Source: Octopus sinensis
Lineage: Eukaryota
Assembly: GCF_006345805.1 (NCBI RefSeq)
Contig: NC_043005.1
Span: forward strand, 4,526,001-4,590,000
Reading direction: 5' to 3'
Length of the DNA: 64,000 bases
Under the pieces are notes generated by a model. That model saw only the letters and a program-made list of their open reading frames with translations, did no database searches and had not been told where the DNA came from. The position numbers and the translations under genes were made by a program. Of the stretch, positions 24,000 to 35,874 are shown piece after piece (position 1 is the first letter of the stretch; each line of letters opens with the position of its first letter).

Positions 24000-24071
24000 T
24001 CCTCGGTAGTATAGTGGTAAGTATCCCCGCCTGTCACGCGGGAGACCGGGGTTCGATTCCCCGCCGGGGAG
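24000..24071 (+). tRNA. tRNA-Asp(GTC): tRNA-Asp(GTC), pair 4 right
   Basis: Identical 72-mer; CTTTTTCTTTTT downstream. Confidence 0.97.
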
Positions 24072-24509
24072 GCCTTACCTTTTTCTTTTATATACACTCG
24101 CTATATCCTTTATACACAGTTCAGAACTTTGTAATGTCACCTCTTGGTTTCATATTCAGTCCTCTTGTGCGACACCATCTGTTGGTATGGACACCTTGTG
24201 AATGAAGTAGAAAGGAACTAGGATCGCGTGTGTCGCCCACCGCTTAACAACAGGTGTTGGTTTGTTTACATAATCTGTAATTTTGGTTTCCAATTTTGGC
24301 ACAAGGCCAGTAATTTCGGGGGAGGGGTAGTCGATTACATCGATTCCAGTGTTCAACTAGTACTAATTTTATGGACCCCAAAAGGATAAAACGCAAAGAC
24401 ATTGGCAGAATTTGAACTCAGAACGTATACAGACGAAATGCCCGGCACGCTAACCATTCTGCCAGCTTGCCGCCCTCCTATTCCGTAACATTAGCAGATC
24501 GACAAAAAT

Positions 24510-24619
24510 GTAACCATAGTACTTACTCTTTTGCCGAACATCTAAGTTACGGGGACGTAAACACACCCCCATCGGTTGTCAAGTGATGTTGGGGAGGGGA
24601 CAAACACAGACACACAAAC

Positions 24620-24650
<31 letters not shown>

Positions 24651-24818
24651 CATATATACGACGGGCTTCTTTCAGTTTTCGTCTACCAAATTCACTCACG
24701 AAGCTTTGGTCGGCCCGAGGCTATAGTAGAAGATACTTGCCCAAGGTGCCACACATTAGGACTGAACCCGGAACCATGAGGTTCGTATGCAAGCTACTTA
24801 CCACACAGCCACTCCTAT
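24510..24818 (-). mobile_element. Family B SINE
   Basis: Reverse complement of the 59714..60103 copy. Confidence 0.8.
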
Positions 24819-25945
24819 GTGAACACACTACCAAAATGCCCGTTAGTATTGCAAAGTAATTTAATTTATAGTAAAATTTGTAGATAATAATTGACGTAGC
24901 CCACACAATTTTTTTCCTTTTCCTGATTTTAGGGAATTCTTTGGAATTCTCTTCTGGACATTGAAGATTGCGGGGGAAATGTCATTAAAACATAAATCTA
25001 TTAATTCAAAATATTGAATTGCCAATTCTTCATTCGTCCTTGTAGCAGAGCTACATATTACATGGTAATCTGTGAGTCGACCTGCAGAGCAGACGAATAT
25101 ATCGATGAGGCATATCTAGCCTCACTTTGATACACTAAGCCTTGCTTTGGTTCAGTAGCCTCATTCTCAGACACTAGCCTTGTTCTGTGCTACACATGAG
25201 AAACTCCCAGTTCCTGCCAGGCTTCGGTCGAAGACACATGTCTTCTCTGCAGCTCCACAAGCAATCTCCCATGTACAACTCACATGTCTATTCACCTCAG
25301 CACAAGATATCTGGTTCATAAACGAAGATATTTTGTCACACACACATTCTCAAAACGACTGTTCTCATTATACATAGTGTTAATACAAATATTACATGTT
25401 ACTTCTTATAGAACAAAAGCAAAAATCAAAACTTTCTTTGTATGTAAACACACGTTTTTGTATCATGCTACATGCTTCCACCTCAAAAGGTGAACACAGA
25501 ATAAACAATATATTTATACACAAAAATGCTATGATTGGTCATTCATACTAACTGTTTTCCCATTTAATGACACGCACTTGAACAGCCAACGTCGGCTGCT
25601 ATATCCATATCCAAAACTTTAACCCTAAAACTTTTACCTATATTTTGGGGGTTTTCTTTTTAGAATAGCATTCTCGTATTTTTAAAATGTTATTCATCAT
25701 TATCATCATCATCATTGTCGTTTAACGTCCGTTTTCCATGCTGGCATGGGTTGGACGGTTTGACTGGGGACTGGCAAGCCAGGAGGCTGCACCAAGCTCC
25801 AATCTGATCTGGCAATGTTTCTTCAGCAGGATGCCCTTCCTAATGCCAACCACTCTGAGAGTGTAGTGAGTGCTTTTTACATGCCACCGACATGGGAGCC
25901 AGTCAGGTGCATGTGTGTGTGTGTTTGTGAGTGCCTCAATGAGTG

Positions 25946-26790
25946 TATATAAGTTGCAATGAATAAACTGTCGTCTAAATTACGGAAAAATGAAGATAAC
26001 ACTGACATCTCATTTTAACAGATATATTTACTGAAATTGCATAAAAATATCTTGAAATACTAAAGAGTAAATTTATTCAATAAAACCACCATTAGCTTCA
26101 AACATGGCTTCCAGACGTCTTTGGAATCTCCTGCAACTTATCCTGAAACTTCTTGATTAAGTTGGTGAATGCTGCCATAATCCTTGCCTTCAGTTCATCT
26201 TTGGTGTTACAAGGAGTTTTGTTGGTCTCTTGCTCCACTGTGCCCCACACATAATAATTAAGGGAGTTGCATTGCGGGGAGTTAGGTGGCCAGATGTTAG
26301 GGGTGATGCAGTCACAGAAATTGTCTGACTGCCATAACTGGGTTCTCCTGCTTGTGTGGCATAGTGCAGAGTCCTGTTGCCAGACATAGGGACTTCCAAC
26401 AGCCACCCTCTTGACCCAGGGCAGTACTACTTCCTCCAGGCACTTGATGTAGACCTCCATGTTGTGTCTGAGGCCATGTGAGAAGATGAATGGAGGCATA
26501 ATGTTGCCATCACTAGTGACCACTTCAAACACCTGATGTTGACTGGATGTTTGATTTTTATTACACTTGGTACATGTTCATATTGGAGCTTCCGGCATGA
26601 ATGCCAAGCAGTACAGCATGTCATTTCCAAATTTCTGGCATAGTGAATTGCTTCATGGTGCTGTTTTTCTCACAGACAATGCCCAACTGGCCCTACAATA
26701 CTGTGTAGTTGACAAAATCAAAAACAATCAATACTCATGCATGAAATTAAAAATATAAAATGGCAACAATTTACCCATCGCACCCTCTGT
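25946..26790 (-). mobile_element. Degenerate Tc1/mariner element (maT/DD37D-like transposase C-terminal half)
   Basis: VVTSDGNIMPPFIF...YVWQQDSALCHTS...WPPNSPQCNSLNYYVWG; degenerate TIR-like ends. Confidence 0.88.
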
Positions 26791-27705
26791 GTGCGTGTGT
26801 GTGTATGCATAAATATATAAGTATATATGTGTGTACTTGTGTATACATACTACACACATTCACACATAGTGATCAAGCAAATTTTATAAATCCAGTGAAA
26901 AGTACTCAATATAACAAATATAGAGATAATTCATATATTTTTTTAAAGTAAACAAAACAGTTAGTTCATGTTACTAATAATTTCAAAATCACTCACATGT
27001 AGTGAAATTAACTAAACTCCATCAGATTTGTATCATTTCTATGAGTCATCTGTTTTGGAGACAAAATAAGAATTCCTTATGTTATGAGAATTCAGGGAGA
27101 AAATAAGTCCCAACTTTTATGAAGCCTAGTGAAAACCTTACAAATGCAGGTTCATATTATCCCCTTCAGTTTTTGAAAACTTTATAAATAATATATAAAT
27201 AATATAATAAATAATAATAATATAATTTATAAATAACTGTCTAGTTAGTCCCATAGTAAGATCTGTGACAGAGCAACCTCTTACAATGATGATATGCTTG
27301 AAGTAAGAAGATTCAATGACAAATGTGCTTCTATCCACAGTCCAAGCTCCTAAAATGAAAAGGCCTAATAATACCACATGGTTTGCGGCTTTCACCTGAA
27401 ATGTTAAGTCCAACATACATACAGATTTCCTAAGGTTAGGAAGCCACCATTAGCCATAGATATAGTAAATTATTGAATTGGTATAACTTTAAGATTGTTT
27501 TCTCTGTTGCAACCCAACTCATGCATGGAAACCAGTAGTTCATATAGGAACAACACTATATAACAACTAAATGGATCCTTGAACACAGACACTGTAGTAT
27601 AAGTAATATAATTAAAATCCATAAATATTACCTTCATGTGATATATTGGTATGGCAGATGGACTGTTCAAAAAATGATTTTCCAACTATATTTATTTATT
27701 TACAG

Positions 27706-27933
27706 AATATTGAGAAATGGAATATAAAATTTGAAAATTACATTTGGTCTTTCAGAGACAAAGGTATGGACTCAACACTGGCTAGAGGGTTGTTAAAAAG
27801 TGTAGACCTTATATAAAATGGTAGTAAAAGATGTGGCCTCTGCACAGCTGGGAAAAGACTAATCCTGGATAACTTCCTTACACCAGAAATATATTTGAAC
27901 ATCAAGCAGAAAGTATCTTGCAAGTTTGCTTAA
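27706..27933 (+). mobile_element. Penelope-like GIY-YIG endonuclease C-terminal relic
   Basis: ENYIWSFRDKGMD...*NGSKRCGLCTAGKRLI...LN resembles the YIW.LK..G...NGSKRC.LC..EK..I motif; in-frame stop. Confidence 0.7.
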
Positions 27934-28484
27934 CAAAACAGAACATGGCTACTCTAAATGAAACAATGAAACATCCAGATTTGAGCACAATATCTGAATG
28001 TATTCACTACTTTCCTTCCTTTTGGTTTTTCATTTTTTCTTTGGTTTCTTAAGAGGAGAAGGAGCAGCCAATACTATCAACCCAAGTTCTAGATTGGTAC
28101 TTTATTTTATCAACCTCGGAGGGATGAAAGGCAAAGTTAGCCCCACTGGGATTTGAACTCAGAATCTAAAGAGCCAGAACAAATATCAATGGACAATTTA
28201 GCTGCTTCACCATCTTTGCTTATTGCATCTTGTTATAAAAGCAACTGCTCAGAGTTTATAAAAGAGAAGTTAACTCTGTTGTGTGTGTGTTGTATATTTA
28301 AAAAAAATTATTCCATGTTAAATATTCTCCCCAGAATCGTACGCCTTTTAAATCGTTTTATACAACTGATTTCACGTCTGTATTTACACTTACTACCAAT
28401 TAAATTATATTTTAGTTTCTTTTTCCACTTTTTTTTAGAAGTATGTGTGTGTGTATAACTATGTATATATATACACACACACAC

Positions 28485-28536
<52 letters not shown>

Positions 28537-28872
28537 CAACAACAACATGTACGTATGTATATGCGATTATAACTGCATGCATGTACATATGTATGTATAT
28601 GTACGTATGTATGTACGTACATGCATACACATATGTGTGTGTGAGTGTATGTGTGTATGTATACGTATGTTACTTTACTTTTTCTAGCTATTTCGTTCAT
28701 ACTCTAAAATATTTTACAATACCTTATCTATTTCACGTTCATTTTATTTCATTTCCCAGTCAAATATTTAAGCGACACCATCAAAATAACTCCATAAAAT
28801 ACGTTTCCTAATCAATATTCTTTACTTTTACTACACAACATCCGCCAGCAGACGACACTGCAGACATTCAAA

Positions 28873-28920
28873 ATGGCTGACCATTCAGCTGTAATTGTTG
28901 ATGTGGACGATATTGACAAG
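28873..28920 (+). CDS. YIPF1: YIPF exon 1 ([16 protein letters not shown])
   Basis: CAAAATGG start context, AAG|GTAAAT donor, phase 0 matches exon 2; no homology support for this peptide. Confidence 0.65.
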
Positions 28921-29380
28921 GTAAATACTATAGTCCGTACTTCCTTTCAGTTCTTGAAATTAGGTTTAAATTATATACTAACTCAAACTCTATGTTTCTA
29001 TGTATTTTATTTCAACACAGAGTTTTTAGATTAGTGTAAATATTAATCTTTTCAAGACATACTTCTAAACATCGTAAACGACCTCGACGTTAAAAAAAAC
29101 AAAAAAACTTCAGCTTTTAAGTCTTAAAAATCTTTACACGTGTAATTTTTTTCTCTCCTCCTTCTTCTTCGATTTCGGACCTATCGATTATACTGATTTT
29201 TTTCGTCTTATTCAATTGCTAGTTTGTGAAAATCTTTCAGTTGTATTTCCATATCATTTAACATTCGGAGGAGTCTGTCTATTTTTTGGTGGGGTTGCTT
29301 CGCTTTTACTCTCACTTTTGATATGTTCCTCTGCCTATGTGGTGTATATGTTGTGTGCGTACATATATATATATATATAT

Positions 29381-29425
<45 letters not shown>

Positions 29426-29828
29426 CATATATATATAGTGTGTGTGTGTGTGTGTCTTTATGTATATACGTTTGTATCTTTGCAGATATTTAATATATGT
29501 ATATATATATAAATGTATTTGTTTATACGTACATATTTGTTTATGTGTATATACATATTGTTTTTAAGCTTGTGTGTGTGTATATATATGTATATATAGT
29601 TGTGTACATACATAAATACATACACAGGACCCTATTTAAGGACCAATTTGAATTTGGGGCCCAAAAAGCGGGGACAGCTGTATGTTGTATATAGAAAAGA
29701 TTACATTATATACGCGACAGCTAAATGCTAGGAATGTTATAATTATATAGTATAATCATGTACCTAATTTATATATACAATCTTGCAGTATGTATTGATT
29801 AAATATAATTCTGTTGACTATGGAAAGG

Positions 29829-29864
<36 letters not shown>

Positions 29865-32800
29865 GATAGTTTCGAATAACCGTAGATCTCCTTTACAGAA
29901 CATGATACACATCAGAATGGCTAGAACGTTGGGGGATCGAGTGAGGAAAATGCCTTGTGGTATTTGTTCCGGTTTTCTACGTTCTGAGTTCAAATGCTGC
30001 CTCTTGTCCTTTCGGGGTCGAGCACCAGTTGAGCATTGGGGTCAGTATAATAGATTTATCCCTCTCCCTTACAATTGCTGAGCTCTTGCCTAAAATTGGA
30101 ACCATTATTAGGTAAAATGCTTGGCGGCATTTCGTCCGTCCTTACGTTCTGAGTTCAAATTCCGCCGAGGTCGACTTTACCCTTCCTCTTTTCGGGGTAG
30201 ATGAAACAAGTACCAGTTACGCACTAGAGTCGATGTAATCGACTTAATCCTTTCGCCCCCACCCCTCAAAAAATTTTTCAGGCCTTGTGCCTATAGTAGA
30301 AAGGATTATTATTATTTAAGTGGCGAGCTGGCAGAATCGTTAGCACGCCGGGCGAAATGCTGAGCGGTATTTCGTCTATCATTACGTTCTGAGTTCAAAT
30401 TCTGCTGAAGTCGACTTTGCCATTCATCCTTTTGGTGTCGATAAATTATGAACCACTGAAACACTGGGGTCGATGTAATAGACTTATCCCCTCCCCCAAA
30501 ATGATTGACCTTGTGACAAAATTTGAAACCATTACTATTATTATTATTATTATTATTATTGAAAACAACAGTTGTGCCCTTGGTGGTCAGAGTGAACTTG
30601 GGTCTATGGAGTTACTTGATTGGCCCTAGTTGGAAGTTCCCCTGTATCAGAAGGACTGCATCATTCATGTATTTACACATTTTGCATACTATGTATACCT
30701 TTACCTCATTTAACCCTTCTTTCTCTTTCTTACTCTCATCTTTTATGTAACCCTCTACTGGCTCCCCTCATCTAATGCCCTCGAGCAAATGAAAGACATC
30801 ATCATCATTTATCAGTGTTTAAATCTTGCTGAGATCTATCTTTCATCTCTCTGGATGAAGTTCTTGAGCCAATGTTATTGGATGGTCCCCCACCCCTCAA
30901 AATTGCCGGCCTTGTGCCTACATTCTGAGGTTCAGTTTCTGCTGAGGTCAACTTGGCCTTTCATCCTTTCAAGCCATTATAATATATACCAGTCAAACAC
31001 CGAGGTTGCTGCTATGAAGTAAACCTCACCTCTCAAAATTGCAGGCCATGTGCTTAAATCAGAAACAGTTATTCTCTTTATTTTTATGCAGATCTTGATT
31101 ATCCCATTGCTTATTCACCACCTTTCCAACAACAACTTTGGGCCCCTTTTTGAATTCCATATGTCTAACAATCATGGACATGCTTACAAAATTAAAAAAA
31201 ACAACACAAGACCCATGATTTCCAGGAACATTTTTTTTTCACTCAGAATTGCTGAAGCATGGAATAATCTACTTGCATTAGTTGTTAACTGTTAGGACAC
31301 TACATCCTTCAAACTTCCATACTTCCTGAAAATCGCCAAGAGGTACCTCCATCCTTTTAAATGACACATCCACTGTTCACTTCCTGTTCATCATTCTGTA
31401 TACTGTTCATGCATTTTTGCTTATTTTTTTCTGATGAGAAGTAGTGCACTTGAGCACTGTATACAATAAGTTCATTACATAATTATATATGAGGAGGTAT
31501 CGAAAGGTTCCTGGCTTTAAGGGTATCGTGAAATGTCTGGTTGGAGACCCAACCTTCTGAGATCTTTTACAGGGCTTAGAAAAATGGAAGTGTGTGAATC
31601 TGAGAGGGGAATATGCTGAATAAAACCATCATTAATTGATCCTCCTGTATTGACTTTTACCAAAAGCCAGGAACTTTTCAGCACCCCATCATATATTTAC
31701 TTGTATTTATCATGTTGTTCTACAAATTAACTTCTCTCGTTAATACATTACTCAATATAGAGGTAAAATACTTTTCTTGTTGTAATGTATCTGTATTTCA
31801 CAGAGTAAATTTATTTTGGAAGTGACTCTTGTTAAGTCACCTATCTTCTACTTGTTTCAGTCATTTGACCGCAGCAAACAGCTACCACCATGAAGGGTTT
31901 ACTTGATCAATTCAAACCCAATACTTATATTTTTAAGTGTGGTACTTATTCTTTCAGTCTCTTTTGCTGAACTGCTAAGTTATGGACATAAAGAAGCCAG
32001 CACTGGTTGTCAGGCAGTAGAAGGACAAACAAATATATGCGTTTGCACGCAGTAAAATGGTATTTTATTGAAGCTGTGAAGAATTTACAAACTGTTACTC
32101 AGAGATTCACTCAACCAATTATCAGAGAGTAATACTCACAACTGTCTGATGATTAATTATGTGAAGCTGAGTAACAGTTTGTGAAGTTTTTTCAGTTTCA
32201 ATAAAACCCTAATTACATATCATTGTTTGACATCCATGTTCTATGCTGGCATGTTTTGGATGGTTTGACAGGATCTGCTGAGTCCAAGGACACCATTGTG
32301 CTCCAATGTCAGCCTTGGCATGTTTTCTACAGCCTGATGTCCTTCCACTTTACAACAGGCACTGGGTGCTTTTTTCATGCCTATTGAAATCACTGTGCAA
32401 CTTTCAAGACTACAAACCATTAGGGAGATGGTGGGGTCGGCTTTAAGCTTGAGGACAGGGAAGGGTTTTAAACTATGAGATGGAGTTGGGGTCCAAACAG
32501 GTTCTTGTAGAGGGTCTGCATGGCTATTCACATTTAATAGAAGAGAGAAAGAGAAAATGATCAGTAAGAGTTTCATAGAGATAGATAATGGCCATGGAGT
32601 GCTCAAGTGGCCCTACAAGGTACAAGGTGGATAGAAGTGGGTGGTTTGCAAGATTGTATGTGAAGGAGATGTGAGGGTGGAGAGACAGACTGCAAAAATG
32701 GGTAGGGTTGAAGGGTGGATGAACGAGCTGCAGGTTGAAGATAGAAGGATGCGGAAGAGAGTGGGGTAGATTGAGGGGGTGAGCAGCAGGAATAGAAATG

Positions 32801-34043
32801 CTGATGCAGTTGAGTGGGGCAGGGGAACAATGGAGATCACACAGTTGGGTAGTCTGTAGGAGCTGGTGGTGGGAGAGTCAGGTGTAGTGCATGAGAGGAG
32901 AGGATGTATCACTGGAGAGTATGAGACAAGGCATTTCCAGGACTCAGTGGTGCTGAGGAGGTAGAGGTCTTTTGGAGAACTTCATAGCACCAAAATATAC
33001 TCTCCTACATTTTCTACAATGTCTGTCTGGTAGACTTGCAAAATTCACTTATCCATGAAAAAATACTCTTCTAGTACTATTCTGACCTCGTTTGCAAAAT
33101 TCATATTTTTGTTGTCCAAATGCCTTTGAAGATTGCAGAAATAATGGTAATCTGATGGAGCAATGTCCGGCAAATATGGTGGGTGGGGCATCATTTCCCA
33201 TTCAAACTGCTCCAGCTTTTGGAATGTTATCCTTACTGTTTGTAGGTGAGCATTATCCTGAGGGAAGAGCACTTTTTGTCGTGAAACCAAAGATGGTCAT
33301 TTTTCTTCTAGCGCAGGTGTCAATGAATGGTTGAATGACCTAATACAAGCTTCTCTGCTAGTTCCTCAACAGTTACAATGGGATTTTGTTCCACCAGGGT
33401 TTGCAGGATATCTTTGTCAAGCTCTACAGACCTTCCAGGATGAGGCTCATCATCTAGGCTGTAATATCTGGCTTGGAATTTCTGGAACCACTGTTGACAC
33501 TGGCTTATGCCTATTGTCCTGTCCCCATTAATATTCCTTGCACTTTTGCGTTGTTGCCTTTATTGACCTCATAAAACAAAATATGCCAAATATGCCCCTT
33601 TGTCCCTTCCATTATAGCTTTGAAAAAACAACTACTAAAATTGAACTGCACTCTTCAAAACCTGTACTAAGAATAAGTCAAGGTAAAATTACTACCTGCT
33701 TTTATAGCAAGTTGATGCAAGTAGTTTATCCTGTCCCCTTCCAACTTTTGGTTCATGCAATTGAAAAAACTGCATTATTCATGGGATGACCCAATATATA
33801 TATGTGTGTGTGTGTGTGTGTGTATTAGTTTCAGGATTCATTAGAATCTAGGAGCACCAATACATAGGATGCCAGGACTAGCTCAGTACCATAGCATTCA
33901 GTTCACAGTCAGGTAAAACAATAATTAGATGTCATCCGTTGGAAGTGTACTGGCATTTAAAACATGTATATGCATGTGTGTGTGTATATTTATATAAGTT
34001 TTTTTCTAGTGTGTAAGCGCTTTTGTTAAACCACACACACACA

Positions 34044-34099
<56 letters not shown>

Positions 34100-35281
34100 G
34101 ATGTGTGTGTGTGTGTGGTTTAACAAAAGCACTGACACTAGAAAAAAAACTTCTTCCCACAAAAAGGTTAGTAACATCCTCATAAAAGATCTCATAACAT
34201 TTTTTTAAAATCACCTTTACACTTCAAAGCTGTATTAAGTAATCCTCATAGACTTTCAAATATATATTCTTACTCTTTTACTTGTTTCAGTCATTTGAAT
34301 TTTGCCATGCTGGAGCACTGCCTTTAGTCAAGCAAATCAACTCCAGGACTTATTCTTTGTGAATGTAGTACTTATTCTATCGTTCTTTTTTGTCGAACCG
34401 CTAAGTTACAGGGACGTAAACACACCAGCATCAGTTGTCAAGCGATGTTGGGGGGACAAACATATATATATACATATATATGATGGCCTTCTTTCAGTTC
34501 CCATCTACTAAATCCCCTCACAAGGTTTTGGTCGGCTCGAGGCTATAGTAGAAGACACTTGCCCAAGTGGGACTGAACCCAGAACCATGTAGGTAAGCAA
34601 ACTATTTACCATACAGCAGATCATCATCATCGTTTAACGTCCGTTTTCCATGCTAGCATGAATTGGATGGTTCGACCGGGGTCTGGGAAGCCAGGAGGCT
34701 GCACCAGGCCCAGTCTGATCTGGCAGTGTTTCTACAGCTGGATGCTCTTCCTAACGCCAACCACTCTGTGAGAGTAGTGGGTGCTTTTTACATGCCACCG
34801 GCACAGATCATCATCATCATCATCATCATCATCGTTTAACGTCCGCTTTCCATGCTAGCATGGGTTGGACAGTTTGACTGGGGTCTGGGAAGCCAGGAGG
34901 CTGCACCAGGCCCAGTCTGATCTGGCAGTGTTTCTACAGCTGGATGCCCTTCCTAACGCCAACCACTCTGTGAGTGTAGCGGATGCTTCTTATGTGCCAG
35001 GCGAGGCTGGTAACGGCCACAATCAGTTGGTGCTTTTTACGTGCCACCGACACGGAGGCCAGTCGGGGTGGCGCTGGCAACAGCCATGTTCGGATGGTTC
35101 TTTTACGTGCCACCGGCACTGGTATCACGACTACAATTTCCATTGATTTTTGAGTGATTTCGATTTCGATTCTGATTTCACTTGCCTCAACAGGTCTTCG
35201 CAAGCAAAGTTTTGAGTCCCAAGAAGGAAAGGTATGCATAAGTGGGCTGGCTACATCCCAAGTAGAGCCCACAGGTTACGG

Positions 35282-35366
<85 letters not shown>

Positions 35367-35837
35367 GGCAGGCTTCCACACAATTTCCATCTGCCAAATA
35401 ATAGCTTCAGATTTTAGGGTCCCCATTTATGAAGCGTAGGTTGTGATAGGAAAAATAAAAGCATTGTGTTGCCTAACTTTGAGCCATTGATTGATACATG
35501 ACTCTTCCAGGTAGCATTTTTTAACTCTCCAAATGCCAAAGACTCTAGTGTAATGCATATATTTACCATATTCTGATCCTTCTGGTGTTATACTACACAG
35601 AAACTTCCAGTGTAAACATTTCCATGCCAGGGGACAGGATTTCGCACATTGAATTGAAAGGCTCACTCTTAATAATGTGATATAACTATTAGTATTGCTA
35701 ATATCAGGGATGCAACAAAGGTTTGATGAATATTAGTGGGACTGGAATATAATTCTATTTAGATAGATCGACAGAAAAACAACAAAAGATTTAGATAATT
35801 AATAATTAAATATAAAGTGTGTGAGTTAGTGAGTATA

Positions 35838-35874
<37 letters not shown>

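Noticed and set aside
7629-24205. Recurrent ORFs containing SLPGGESNPGLPRDRRGYLPLYYRG or ILGSIVVSIPACHAGDRGSIPRRG
   Set aside because: These are translations of tRNA-Asp genes on either strand, not a repeated protein domain
27706-27763. Apparent plus-strand exon with good splice sites (NIEKWNIKFENYIWSFRDK)
   Set aside because: Cannot be joined in frame to YIPF exon 1, and the frame continues into a Penelope-like NGSKRC.LC motif, so it is a TE relic
32600-32940. G-rich purine strand and the antisense Pro/Ser/Thr-rich ORFs (similar tracts at 56520-56790 and 57300-57640)
   Set aside because: Looks like decayed retroelement sequence; no convincing domain or regular G4 pattern
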